A DNA stretch of 64,000 nt, taken from contig NW_027192208.1 in the NCBI RefSeq assembly GCF_041956535.1, positions 444,492 to 508,491 of the forward strand. The letters are read 5' to 3'. The position numbers and the translations under genes were made by a program. The notes beneath the pieces are model-generated. The model had not been told where the DNA came from. It did no database searches and worked only from the letters and a program-made list of their open reading frames with translations. The stretch is from Calcarisporiella thermophila CBS 279.70. Taxonomy: Eukaryota; Fungi; Calcarisporiellomycota. Of this stretch, positions 24,618 through 39,091 are shown in pieces. Numbering within the stretch: the first letter of the stretch is position 1; every line of letters begins with the position of its first letter.

Positions 24618-27600
24618 CTATGTGCTCGAGAGAATATCTTCTATCAGCTCTCCGGTCATATGCGCATTTCTCATTACCTGATTTTTGGTAACATTCGAAA
24701 AGGAACCGCAATCCATTATTCCCTGGAATCCGAGCTCAGCAAGGAAGTTCATTTGGGTCACATGCGAGAGATTTAATCCTCGCTCACCACCCTGCCAGCT
24801 TTCTTGATTTTCAACGGCCATCACCTCGCCAACCGTAGTTGCAGAAGAGGAGTCAGAGGGACCAGGAGTTGGTAGCGGCACGCTAGATATTATATTACAT
24901 ATAATTTTTCCAGCATTTTCGACGAGTTCACTGCTCGCATTTTCGCTCAAAATATGGCTCATTCTCGGCAGTAAGGCGCTGTATCTAAAAATAGAAGATA
25001 GTCAAAACTCATATCCGCACATTCGCACAAAAAACTACTTACATTAGTGAGAACACATCAGGAATAGCACTCGCCGTTTCCGACAACATACAAAACAATA
25101 TTGTCTTTTCCCTACTGTTCTCGGAATTATTCAACATTACCAACAACATCGACGCCAGCAACAAGGCAGAGGTATTATCAGGTATTTCAAGCCGATCAAA
25201 CAAACGCAGACACAGCTCGCTGCATGTCATCCCATTCTCAAGTGGCACGCCTACCATTTGCAGGAGCTCCTCCAGCTCACCACTCTGTGCTGTGTGCGGA
25301 ATTAAAACCATCAGATAGGCAAGGGCATGTGTAGTTATCAAATCTGCGCCGGAATTGCGCATCTCTAACTCAAGGAATCGATCTAGAAGTGCTCGCGTTC
25401 CTAGCTTAGATGTTGGATGCCGTAGTCCCTTGAGAAGCGTCGCCCCGGCAGCAAATGAGAAATGAGTAGAGAAACTGACTCCATTGGTCGAGTCGATATC
25501 TGCAGCTATATCATTTATCGGTTGTCTTAACTCCAAGAGCACTTCAGAAAAGCCCCTATCGAAATATCCATGGCCGTCTAACACATCTACTACCTCGTGA
25601 AGTAGATTAAGTGCACTGGTAAAAATAGGCATGTGGCCTATCTCTAATAATGCCATCACGATCCAGAATAGTCGAGGGAGATATCGCGAGTTTGGAGACA
25701 AACTAGAGACAGTGCTCGTCAGACACATAAGAATGCTGATAATGAGACTGCAGTCAGCATCGTTTATCATTGCTAGCGCGCCGCGCAGTGTTACGAGGAT
25801 CTGATATAGTAGGTCATCATCCAGGTTGCCCTTAGAGAGTATGCCAAGCACCACAAATGCTCTAGGTTGAATCGCAGGATTGAATTGGAATGAGGTACTA
25901 GACACGAGTGCAGTCCATCTTGAACGCCATTGATTCGCCAAATGTGTTGAGGAAGCGCCCATTTGAATAACTTCTGTCAACAGTTGTACAATTACCTCCA
26001 GTGAACTCAATTCCATTCCCTCCATATGATCTGATGAAGTTTCCTGTGTTATACTAAATGCGTTCGTGATCCGACTTAATCCAAAAAGTAAACACTGCTT
26101 CGGATCAGAAAATTCATTCAATACAACCTGAAGGCGCATCTTCTGGATATCCGATAAATGCGATGCCAACGCTAGGGATTGTGTTACATTAATAAGCAGA
26201 CCATGGATAGATGAGCGCAGCATTAGCGGGCCCGTGCAAGCAAGCATCGTAATGATGTGAATGAGTTCTGGGAGATGTTGCTGGACATGAAGCTGATTAT
26301 TGAAAGAGAGAGCAAGGCTGAAGCGAACCAGTACTATGATCTCCGAAAATGCGGAATGCTCGGTCAAGAGATATGTGGGTTTGATAGATGTACGAGTGAT
26401 GGCGTTGCGTAGACGCGATACCAATTTCCCGCTTAAAATTGTTGATGATAACGCGACTATAAGATCGGCCATCATGTCTGCTTGAGGTGAAATAGCTCCA
26501 TGTTTGACGGCATATCTCACGCATGAGTCCAATATCAACGGAATTATTTCTTCTATCTGCGAGAGAGTACACCAAACTCGAGAGAGGATGGTCGGGAATA
26601 TCTGGGATTGAGTGGCAGTGATTTCAAGTAATTGACAAATTATCTCGCGCACCCTATTCAATTCAGGGGACGACAAGTCGGATGATTGTACACCTCTGCC
26701 CGCATTAATAAACTTTCCAAGGTTTGATAACCACGGCGATATATACGAGAGGCATAGTTGCTTGTGTGCAATCTGGGATTTTGTAAACCCAACGAACCAT
26801 TCGCTGAGAAAATCCAATGTAAGCTGTGGTTCCGACTTTGCTAGCTGTTCGCTGACTGATTGTAAAAAGAGCGAGTTATTAGCGGGTATGCACAGGCCAT
26901 CAGCACTTATGAGAAGACCGCCAGTATCAAGATTGAAAGTGAAGCTGAGAGCGCGTAGCAAACCATATGCAGCAAGTCTTAGGGCGGGGTCTTCATTTCC
27001 GAGATTTAAAAACGCCATATTTAGGAGCGCTCCACGTACATCACTTGGCTGTAAACGACGCTCTTTGCGACCATTTGTCTGTAAGAGCCGATAATGCATC
27101 TGCGATGAGCGAATAGAATGGACAATATGTGTCCTCTCAGAGCTAGATAATGCGACTAAACCCGATGAATTTACTTTTTTATCGCATTTTAAAAAAAATT
27201 CATTCTCGTCAGAGGAAGTCGTTGAAACGATTACGTCGGAAATCATGCTAATATGATATATATCTACTAATTGTGCACGAAACCCAAAGAATGGGCCTTC
27301 TTTCCGCTGGGAATTTATATGTATCCACTCATTGCCCACACGCAGTATCGTGGGTATTCTAACCTGGTTAACGATTTTATAAACTGGGGAGAATGTTTTT
27401 GATGGCTCTGAGAGGATCTCCACTATAAGAATGTAATATGAAAACATATTCATGATAATCATAGCTATTACTTAACTTACATGACTTTTTGCAAATCGGA
27501 TTCTCTGATGGTGACATATATTCATAGAGCTCTGAAAGTGATGGAACGAACACTACCCTTCGTATGAAGAACATTGGTATAGCTCGAGGAAGTCCCATAA

Positions 27601-30600
27601 TGTACTCATGAAGCAAGCTTCCCGCCGAAAAAAAGTATGCACGATTTACGTTTAGTACGGTAGAATATGGCACGTACTGGAAAAATTGATTGAGCCACTG
27701 ATACGGGATGAAATTGTTTCTTGTTATCTGCACGCAGTCAAAGAGTATATCGAATGGCTTATCAGCATAGAGCAGTACGAACTTCAGTATAAAATAAAGC
27801 AGAAGTTCAAAATCTATCGACTCGTTGTTTATCCTGCGTATAACATATACTAATATTGGATATCGTTCCTAGCGGATAAAAAATGGTTTGAAATTAGCAA
27901 AAAGAGAAATTAAAACGGAAATTTTTGTTGCTTACTTTACTAAGTCCCCCATAATATAAAGCATTTGATTTCTCAAGTTCTAAGGTTGAGCGATGCGAAT
28001 TTCGTTGCATGAAATCATGGTACAAGTAATTCTTCGTTGAGAATGCAAATGGTTCGTTTGGCATGGAGGTCGGCGGTCGTTTCGAAGGGCCAAGCTCTCT
28101 GAGAACTCTAGAAAGCATTTCACAGACCTTTTCGGTATTCTTCTTCTCTGCCACAAGTGACTTATCTGATGGTTCACAAGAGGTGAGCGTAGAGTTACAG
28201 GAGCGGTGGGATTCTCTCAAAATATATGAACTGATCGAATTCATATTATCTTGGAGAAAGAACTGCAAACGTAAGTAATCTGCCTCTTCAAGAGCATTTA
28301 CATCCTGGGATTCGATCATATCAGAGGGCGAGTTGGCCTATGAAGTATATATAAGTATATTTGCCTTCTTCACACCGCCTTGAAAAAAAGAGGTGGATTA
28401 CCGAGATATCCCTTAGAAAAGTAGTTACTCGATATATATTGGAAGTTAAGAAGTCATTAAGTACTGTCATATATGGCTCCTTTGCGCCAAACAGAACATT
28501 ATTGGCCAAATTCTGAATGACTTTGGTGATAAGAGTGAGTCCGCGCCTAAATTCTTTACTGACAGCAGGCCGCACTAGCTCTTCCACCTCTGGTGCCACA
28601 ATTGCCGGACAAAAAAATCTTAGAAAAATGAACCCCCCGACCGCTGTATATTTTGCTTCTGGAAAGCGTCTTCCAACCGCTGTTGATAAGTGGAAACACA
28701 GCTCACGAAATACGGGAGGAACCTTATGTCCACTCGTGCAGATAACATCCAGAAATCGCTGGGTAGTGCATTTTAATTTCGCCAGATTTTGACTAATTTC
28801 TTCATCTTTCACCTTCGTCGGGTCTAATTCAAATGCATATTGGTGTGGTTTGGCATATAACTCCTGCAATAGCGGTTGAAGAGTAGATCTAATGTATTCG
28901 GCACCATGTTGACGCGCAAATGCAGATAAAAGTCGAGTTGCCATACTGTTACGTCGGAAAAGTTCTGATTCCGACTCGGTACTTGCAACTTCAAGCTCAA
29001 CTATAGCTCTAAGTAGTTGAGTTGTTTTTCCACGTGAATCGTAAACCTTAAGAAGTAGTGCGGAGAGCATATCGATATCAACAACAGGACAAACTTCACA
29101 CAGTGCCAGTGCAATCTGGGAATCGTTTTCGAACAGCATCTAGTGTTGTTTAAATTGATATTATAATCAATTGCTAAAGTAATATACTTATTCATAACAG
29201 AGGTCGGTCACTTACGTTTACCAGTTTTTCATATTTCTCCATGCGATTGCTTACAGAGTTAATTTTCAAGGTATCGAATTCCGTTCCAGAGTCCAGCATA
29301 TTTGTAAATACTTGCATAAACGCAAAGCGTATATTGCTCTCTTCATGATATCCCAGTGAGAGTGATGACTTAAATCCAACCTCGATATTACTGCTAATCA
29401 GGTGGGTAAGGGCAAGAATGACATGATCACGAAGGGAAATTAAGTCCCGAGAATAATCCTATCAATAAAATTTTACGGTAAGTTATCAATTATAACCGCA
29501 CATAACAAGCAATGGATCTACTTTAAATAAGATGTATGAGTCCTCGCTTGTAGTGTTCCGATAATTAATTGCTTCAGTTATGCGACACCGTTGAAGTAGC
29601 TTCATGAATAATTGAAAGTGCTTGTGAAAGAGCCGCGCTTTAAGCGTTTCGCTGTCACCATTAAACTCTTCTTGCGTATCTGGGATCAATGGGAGCTTCT
29701 CAAGTAGAATTGCTATGGCTTTAATACAAGCTAAGTTGAGATCTCTATAGACACGATCCAGGTGAGAAAACTCTTGCCGATTAAAGTCTATTTCCTATAA
29801 AAATATGAAATAAATATCGATAGAATACATGTCTCAATATTGGCGGCCATCTTACTGAAAACTCCCTTGCCCACTCAATAATTATATCAGCCAGTTTATT
29901 CCTTAACACCATTGGCTTATTAAAGATAATATATTCGCGTCTTGAAACTACCAACTCGCACATCTGACAGGCCTTTATCTTCATACGCAGCACCTCCTGG
30001 GACTGTCCTGCCTGATCAAGATAACGCAGAAAATTAAGCAATAGATTTCCCAGGTCCATACTGATATTGAATCCGCTCTCCTGCACACTTTCAAGGATAT
30101 TGCGCAAAATACTAATCGCCTGATCAACGAACAATGTTGAACGATCAGTGTGAATAGGCTCCCCGTACCGTTTAAAAAATTGAAGAATCTTCAACTCTAT
30201 TATTTGGAACATCTTTGTGTAAAGCGATGGAGATAGATCTGAACTAAGTGTTTCCAGTACAAGCCCTCGGAGAAGAACATTTTCCGATGTGAGAAGCAAA
30301 AGCATTTCCCTCATGAAGTGTTCAACAAGTTGATCATGCTCATTTTCTCTGTAATTCTCAATGGCACTACACATATTGTAGTCAATTGTCGAAGGATAAC
30401 TAGATGAAATGCAGCACCCTCCTAACGATGCGAGAAAGCCCGTGTAATTATGCCATTCAGCAACTCTATCATCAATATACTTGGATGAAGAAGCTAGTGC
30501 TGTACGCGCTGTCCAAAATTTTTCACGGAATGCTGATTTTGTCTTGGTGCCCGATATACCAATATTTTCATAAGACATATCCTCTTGCGTGTCTTCTGCA

Positions 30601-33334
30601 CTAGATGTCAATAACTGCGTTAATACCTGCCATCTCTTATATGCCTCTTCCCATGCCGCCAAGTTTCCTGGTGATGCATGTTTCAGCTTACATAGTTGCT
30701 TTCTGATTTTTTTCTGTTGTGCTTTACGACCAGTTATCAGCCCTCCTTTTTTTGATAATTGTGAATAAATTTGAAAATTCTCGATGATTGAAAGTTGGGA
30801 ACGCTGCGAATCAACAAGATCTTCAGTCAGAGTCGCCTCCTCGCATAAATAGCCAAGACATGTAGCGGCAAGAGAACATACGGTAGTATCTCGACTACAT
30901 AACAAAATTAATAAAGTAGTCTCTAGAGCTATGCTTGCCCCAATCCGTTCTGGTGAGTCTGAAGCTTGCCGAACATCTTTTGTTTGTTTACGCAAGAAAT
31001 TATTACGCTTAATGATTAAACTAAGCAGAGTTTCTAACAAGCTTTTAACTTGGCCATCTTGCTCTCTACTCTCTGCTAAAATTGCATTAGCCACGGTTCG
31101 TATTACTTCGCTCCCTGTACTCCAAAAAGTCGACATTAATGTCTCGGATGGTCCCCAGTGCTCAATGAAATTCTCATCGTGCAACTGGGTAAGTAGCTCT
31201 GCCGCATTGGCGCGTATGGCTGACACCGGTTCATAGAGGCATATGGCGATTGATTTGATGATTTGATGTAGCTCAAAGTAATGATCTGCCATTGTAACTC
31301 GCAGAACGAGATCCGGTTTGATACGGTAGAGTTTGAAAATAGTCAACAATAGCTCGAGACGAATATTGTGTTCTTCTCGCAATAACCGCTTTTGTTTCCT
31401 TTCACTTAAAGAAATCACCTTTCTTGCAAGTGATAGCTCATGGTGTGTTTTCTCACGATTCATACCCTCCTATCACATATTAGAGACATTAAAAATCTAC
31501 ACTCTCTTCACTTGACCCGGAATATTTACCATAAACAATTTTCTAATTTGTGATGGAATCGTGTCGCTAATAATATCGGCATAATTAGGGATAGAGGTAT
31601 GTATTTTCGACTCAGTTAAAATTAAGCAGCATTTCGCCAATGTCAACTTGAAAACGATGGGTGAAGTATCCTGAAGGCATATTGGGACAATTGTGCGGAG
31701 ACAGTGGCGTGGATTTAATCGAAAAAGTGACAAAATACAATCGATCATCAAGTTCTGATCTACTCCAATATCATATAGACTGAAAGGATGTTTTGCATCA
31801 AAAAGATTTTCCTAAGATTATAATTGATCATTAGTGTTAACTAAAGCAATTTTCTTTGATAAATTTTATACATATTTACACATAAGTCAGCCTCCACCTC
31901 TTTAACCATATTTGTTATTGCCGTTGCAACTGGGCAATCTAGAACATAATTGCTTGCCTTGCAAATGTCAATATAGCACACCGTAGATACATCGCTTAAT
32001 CTTGATCCTTTTCTGTTTTTCTTGAGTGTTTCGAGGAATGAGCTTGTCTTATCTCGTCCATGTGCACCCGCGTTCTCTGTAAGTGCAGATATAAAAATAT
32101 CTGGACATAGCAAGAGGAGCGTGGTTTGAAGAGGCCAAAGTGCAGTTTTTCGACGGTGACTATCAGCTAGTGAACTACAGATATCGAATAGAATTTCTGG
32201 ACCACCTTCAAGTCGCTGTTGATTGCGGTAGATTGTGGTAAACTCATTTGGGAATATTTCAATCCAGTTCCAGATTGCCCTGCGAAGGACCATGGCCAAT
32301 AAAGTCTGTGAAGACCGCCTTAAATGAGGGAAAAAGGAACAGGACTCTAATGTAATCATATGATTTTGAATGAGGACAAAGCTGGTATTAGAGCAAAAGT
32401 ACTAAACTCAAGCACACCAAAGTTACCTCTAAGTAGATTGGCTAGTCTCTCTTGGTTAAGACAAGCACATTCCAACAATCTGAAGTCCGGCATATCTGAT
32501 AATTCTGCATTGTCGTATGCTGAAGGCATTTGAAAAATACGAGCTTTAAGACGTGCGAGTACAATATTCCAATTGCTAGCAGTAAGATAAAAGAGTGTGC
32601 GACTAGCTGCTTTATATATGCCTGAAATAATATCGCAATGGGAGTTGGTTGAAGTAATAACAAATGTTTGATAGGTGAGGAAATCCATGGCAGCGAATGA
32701 CGACGATGAGGATGAAGAAATATATTGACGATTCACCAACGTCGTTAAGTTAGTACCATCTTCGGCCGGGTATATTAAGCGCACAAAGTTTGAAATGACA
32801 TCGAGTACATGCCTTGCCAAAGATCCATCAAGTGGGGGAGGGTCGGGAAGTGTGAAATCCATTTGCTTTTGTGATGCATCAACGTTTAAGGATATGCTGC
32901 ACCATTTCCAATGACTCGTTGCGCAAGCAGCTAATAAATTTAGTACGAAGTATTGAGATTGAAGAACCTCAAGTTGTGCAGTGTCATGTAAGTTTGTTGG
33001 AAATTGCTACATATTAAGTAGTTATCAACCTATCCAGTTTGAGGAAATTAGACTTATCGCGCGATATAATTACCTGGGAAATGGATTCAAGTAGTAGAAT
33101 AAGATTCCTGACAATAACCTCCAGTCTGTAGTGTGAGAGCTCCATAAGAGCAGACACGGTCTGCTCTATAAGTTGATCGCTCACAAGCTTCTCAAGGGTA
33201 GACCTTCCGTTGCAAGGCAACTATCCAAAAAGAGGGTTAGAAAAGTTAAAAGCTATCCCCAATTATCTACCTACATGGAGTTCAACGCGGCGGATCAGGG
33301 ATATAATGAGCTTCGAATCTACATCACATATCAT
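24618..33334 (-). CDS. NF1: Neurofibromin / Ira1-Ira2-like RasGAP (large multi-exon gene)
   Basis: Arginine finger LFRRNSMATRLL, GGFIFLRFFCPAIVAP RasGAP signature, downstream Sec14/PH-like region and DVRGALLNMAFLNLG, FQFNPAIQPRAFVVLG; all introns are in-frame GT-AG. Confidence 0.93.
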
Positions 33335-35000
33335 CTCCCGACTATATGATAATGGCGGATCGCGAAAAGAATATTATATAAGGTAAAATGATGAATACGG
33401 GAATGACCCCGTAGAAATAGAGTGAATGATTATGTATAAAATAATGCAGAAAAATTAGCAAGGCGGAACAAACATATGCGCCGAGTTGGCCTTGTCCGGC
33501 TAATAATATTTGGAAATTTATTCCCAGTTTTAGAAGACTCTCGCGATCCCAGTCATATGGATAGAAATGCGGCCCAAGTTTACAAAGCTCCGCTCTTTCG
33601 ATTGCCCCCACGGCGGGCCAAACAGCACAGGACTTGCGGGCGCAAGAGTGCCTCGTAAAATGCTTTTCCTAGTTAATAGGTGTCCAGATCGGGAAGGAGA
33701 GATCATTAGTAGCCTCAGCCCAATCTTTTGATTGGAAAACACGGTAGGGTCTCTGGCGATTTCTCGATCACGACCAAAGCGTCAGTGCGCGGAGCTGAGA
33801 AATCTGAAAACATACATATTCAGAAGCAATTGCCTATTCAATTGGGATATTTGTGATACTCTTGGCCGGTTTCACTACCAATAATTAGCTACCAATAATT
33901 TTTTGTAGGTTGATGCCAAGGAGGATATACCAAAACCAGCCTTGGGCCAGTGCGAAAGGCAGGTGGCCTTCTCCTATGCTTTACGATTTGCTGTGGTTTT
34001 CAGACGGTTTTTGGCTTTCTGTCAGAGTTGTGAATTTCTACGAAAAGAATATTGGCTTAATATATCCCCATATGCGAATCTTGATCTCGCAAGCAATTTG
34101 ATTCAGCTAAACGGTAAAATAGTAGTACATGCTCCAGATCAGTTTATATCAACTACTCTATCCCCCACTTGGCTCAACTGTGTATCACAGTAAACTGTAG
34201 TTTCCGCCTGAAAACTTTCCTCTTCACTTGAAAGAATTTCCTTTTTGAGTATTCTCCACTATCTCCTGCGACTATGATATCTTGTGTTAAGTGGGCAAGT
34301 TGATGGAGCTGCAAACAGCTTTATCACTTTCTAAAAATTTGGTGCATCACCAGTTAGCACAGCATTATTTGGCCTTTATCTTATTTTCTTAGGACTCGTT
34401 CGCACGAATTCTCGACTATTTTACTAGAGTCAATACTAGCGAATTTTTAGTTCAATGAAGTATTGTGCTCAATTATAATTTCGGGTCCAGTCAGATATAT
34501 ATCTATTTATATATATGTTGAAATGCATCATCTTTCACTATCATTCTTGGGAATTGTATCATCTTGTTAAAAATCTATCATAATAATATACCAACTTGCA
34601 TATATAGAGATGATCATTAGCTATTTGCTACAAAGAGAATAAAGTTGTGCGTTATACTCTACCTCGTAGTTATTCCGGTTTTGAGTTTAATACAATATCA
34701 TTCTGCTTATATAGCACAAATATACCTAGAAAATGCTTGTTATTCAGTTGTCCTCAAACATATATTAGCTATTATTCTTTGAAATTTAATGCTTGATTCC
34801 TAATTTGGCCTATCTCTGTGTTATAGATATTTACGATTCCTTAATTTACCGTCAGCTATCCCACTTATCGTCGGACAGGTTTCCCCCCACTCTCCACTTT
34901 CGCGTTTTTTTCTTTTTAAAAAAAAAATCGCGTTTTTCTCATCTTCACACCCATCTCCAGCAAACTACAAATTTATCCATCCATCCCCAAATTCAACGCA

Positions 35001-36284
35001 ATGGCAACTGTAAGTATTTTCTTTTAACATCGATAATCCTTGGAAGTTTTATCTTCAGTTTAAAACTGTTATATATCTTTATATTGGTTTATGTGGGGGT
35101 GGCGAATGATAATGATGATGATGATGATGATGGAAAATAATGGATCTTGTTGTAAATTGCAGTTTTTCTGTATTTTATTTTTGAGTACTATTATTTTGAG
35201 CGTATTTTGGTTTTGAAGTTAGTTTGGTGCCTGGATTATTGCTGAGTAAAATATTAGATGATGATTCTCATGTACTGCAGTTGGATCAGATGAATTTTAT
35301 TTTGTTCTTATACTTATCTAACCTATATTATATCATTTCCTGTAATTCGTTAGGAACGTGAGAATCTGGTAATACCTATTTACTCGCAAAGGTGTCTCAT
35401 TTTTTAATCCTCATTCTCAATTTATACTATATTTAGGTCTACCTCGCCAAGCTTGCTGAGCAATCTGAGAGATATGAGGGTAATTCCTTTATACAACTTT
35501 ACACAATTGATTCTCTATCGTCAGCTTTTGTGTAATCTTGTTTGGAGGATGAAAGTAGCTGAATCATTTTATTTTTACAGAAATGGTCGAGAACATGAAG
35601 CAGGTAGCTTCCGGCGACCAGGAACTCTCCGTGGAGGAGCGCAATTTGCTTTCCGTCGCATACAAGAACGTGATCGGTTCCCGCCGTGCATCGTGGCGTA
35701 TCATTTCTTCTATTGAACAAAAGGAGGAATCCAAGGGGAACGATGGTCATGTTGCAATGATCAAGGAATATCGTGCTAAAGTTGAGAAAGAACTCGCTAA
35801 TATCTGTGAAGATATTTTGGATGTGCTTGACAAACACCTTATTCCTCACTCAACATCTGGTGAATCCAAGGTCTTCTACCATAAAATGAAAGGTGATTAC
35901 CACCGCTATCTCGCTGAGTTTGCATCTGGCGATAAGCGCAAGGAAGCAGCCGACAAATCGCTCGAAGCCTACACAGATGCCTCAAATACCGCGGTTACCG
36001 AGCTTCAACCAACGCATCCCATCCGCCTTGGTCTTGCCCTTAATTTCTCTGTGTTCTATTATGAGATTATGAATTCGCCTGATCGTGCATGCCACCTTGC
36101 AAAGCAGGCGTTCGATGATGCGATTGCTGAACTCGATACTCTAAATGAAGAGTCGTACAAGGACTCGACGCTAATCATGCAGTTGCTGCGCGATAATCTG
36201 ACACTATGGACTTCTGATATGCAAGAGAGCGAGAATAAAAACGAAAAGAACGAGGGCGAAGAGGCTAAGGAAGAGGAAAATTAA
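35001..36284 (+). CDS. 14-3-3 protein (Bmh1/2-like), 4 coding exons including 9 nt and 15 nt exons
   Basis: MAT|ERENL|[14 protein letters not shown]|EMV...; [43 protein letters not shown]. Confidence 0.97.
35112..35132 (+). repeat. (ATG)n/(GAT)n microsatellite in 14-3-3 intron 1
   Basis: atgatgatgatgatgatgatg. Confidence 0.8.
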
Positions 36285-36559
36285 AGTCATGCATTTTCCT
36301 TTCTCTCAATTTATCTTGAAAATAAAGGCTAGTCCTTATTTTTTTTTCCCAAGATTAAATCTTTTTCTTATCCCTTAACTTTCTATTATTCTTTATTAAA
36401 AAAAATACGGTAATAATATATAAAATAAAGCATGCTTTTTTTTTCCCCAATATTTGTTATAAATTTAGAGATTTGGTTGAAAAAGGTGGCTTAAAACAAG
36501 CTCGCTACTACTTGATATTCATTCTCATCGAATTACATCATATTTAAATCAGCTTAGCA

Positions 36560-37845
36560 ATGGCTCAACCAGTAAAGACTGTTCCATGTCAATACAGAAC
36601 TGGAAGAATTCTCGGCCAGGGAACGTAAATATTCAATGTCAAAATTACTATTGTATTGAGGTTTAACATTTTGTATGTGATATTAGCTATGCGGTAGTAA
36701 AAGAGGCTGTTCACATTAAAACTGGGGAATTTTACGCTGTCAAAGTTATAAATAAGAGGCTTATGGCTGGTCGTGAACACATGGTCAAAAACGAAATCTC
36801 CGTTCTGAAGCGTATATCACAGGGTCATAAAAACATTCTCACTCTTGCTGATTATTTCGAAACAATGAATAATCTGTATCTCGTAACGGAGCTCGCTCAG
36901 GGTGGAGAGCTTTTCGACAGAATCTGTCGCAAGGGAAACTATTATGAGAAGGATGCTGCAGAGCTAGTGCGTGTGATTTGCGATGCAGTAGCGTATTTGC
37001 ACGATAACGGAATAGTACACCGAGGTATTAGATTAATATTATTTTAGAGACACTCTTGATAATACTAACGTTGGTATCTACTTTGCTTTATGTAGATCTA
37101 AAGGTTGTATTCTTATAGCGCATTAATCTGATGATAAGCAAGCTTTACTAAATACATTCTTTAGCCCGAAAATCTGCTCTTTAGGACCCACCACGAAGAT
37201 AGCGATCTATTAATTGCCGACTTTGGTCTTAGCAGAATTATGGATGCGGAACGCTTCTCTGTGTTAACTACCACATGTGGAACCCCGGTATCTCTTACTC
37301 TTTTTGTTCTAAAGGATTAAATAGCTTTGTCTTACTACTGATGATGTTAGGGTTATATGGCGCCTGAAATTTTCAAAAAGACTGGTCATGGGAAGCCCGT
37401 TGATTTATGGGCTATTGGTGTCATCACCTACTTCCTGCTATCTGGCATGACTCCTTTTGATAGAGAAAATTCTTTTGATGAAATGCACGCCATTGTAAAC
37501 GCCGATTATACTTTTGAACCTGCATACTGGGAGGGCATTTCCGAATTGGCTAAGGATTTCATACGTAGTTTATTAACAATCGATCCCGAAAGACGATTAA
37601 CTGCACGGCAGGCTCTTCACCATCCATGGCTCGTCAGCATGACACCCGATTCCCCTGTCGACAAGATGCGAGATCTTCTTCCTAATGTGCGCCAGAACTT
37701 TAATGCGCGCCGCACATTCAAAAAGGCAGTCGATGTGGTAAAACTTACAATCAAGTTGAAGAAGCATTCGCGTCAAGATTTGGACCCGGAGTTGCTGACA
37801 CCTGTGAAAGAAAATGTGGAACAAGTGCTGAACGCAGAAAATTAA
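36560..37845 (+). CDS. Ca2+/calmodulin-dependent protein kinase (Cmk1/CaMKI-like), 5 exons
   Basis: LGQGTYAVV, AVK, GGELFDRI, HRDLKPEN (needs 8-nt exon 37096-37103), DFG, CGTPGYMAPE, CaM-binding FNARRTFKKAV. Confidence 0.94.
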
Positions 37846-39091
37846 TCAAGTCGTTATATCTATTCCCTTATTTTGATTACGCTATCTTATATTTTTGGTG
37901 TTCATAAATGAAGAGAGTTTGGTATGAAGTACGCGTTAATTATTCTTGCTTTTACTCCCAGCTTTATTTTTATTTCTTATGTTACTATTTATCTGATAGA
38001 GTTTAGGAATTGCTCTACTTATTTCTTATGAGTTGCGCTTGGATTTTCAAATGATAATTCGTAATTTGACTTGATGCCATACATATAGAATTCACTGTTA
38101 ATTATGGCTAGTTTTAGTGGAGATTCTCCAGAGACTAAAAGAACATGGAGTGCAAAAAAATATTTACTGAGATGGTGAATCTTAAAAAAGGTGAAATATA
38201 CTCTACTAGGAACCTGAAAGTTGTTCTAATAGATTTGCATCAACGACATATGGTGTCGAAGCAGTCGGATTTCTCATTTCCATTGAAATGATATCAAGTT
38301 ATCATAATAATACCATGTCTTTTAATATTATGTATCTTATATTCTTAACCTATCAATTAAAGCTTACCTATCTTTAGTCATATTTTCGGGGCGCAGAAGA
38401 AATGTGTGGAAACTATATAGAGATGAATTTTCTTTTAGTAAACTATTATGCTAACCAATTTCAAGTATAATCCTGTGTACTTCCACAATATGGTTTTCAA
38501 AATGGAAAACTGTATCTTTTGTTAAACAACGGCATTTTAATTTTCAGATGGTTTCAAACATTCTAAACAAAGAACCATTCACTTTTACATACTATTCACC
38601 TAGCTTGCTCTGATATGACCCTTCAAATATTAGTGATTATAAGTGTGAGAAACTTTAGTCCAGCGAGAAACTAAGATTGATCCTGTTCTCAATGTTTATA
38701 ACACGAGAAGTCTGAAACTTTAGTTAACATTAGCTAGTCACTTTTCACCAGCGTGTTTTTCTTCATCATATCAGTTTTTATTGACACTCTCTTCATCAAA
38801 ATTTCGCATATATACAGTATATTATACTCGCTTCATAATTAATATAGTATTTATATCTTAACTGTATATTCTCTTCTCTTTGCCATTTGCATTTAAAATT
38901 TGAACTGGAATATCTAGGTTGAGTCGCAGCTTAGTGGAGTTGCACAGACCGCGCCAACAGCGCACTTGCAGCAAATTTTTGCCACCCACCTTTTCGCATG
39001 ATAACCTTCACTATTACTTGTTCAAGCCACGTTAGAGTATTTTCCATCTCATTTTTTCTCATCTTACTTCAAAATTATACACCACAGCAAT

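Noticed and set aside
33350-34950. Short ORFs between NF1 and 14-3-3; likewise 37850-39050
   Set aside because: Stop-interrupted, no motifs; treated as promoter/intergenic DNA
35112-35245. ATGATGA...CTGA in 14-3-3 intron 1 as a possible snoRNA
   Set aside because: C-box matches derive from the GAT microsatellite; no recognisable rRNA complement
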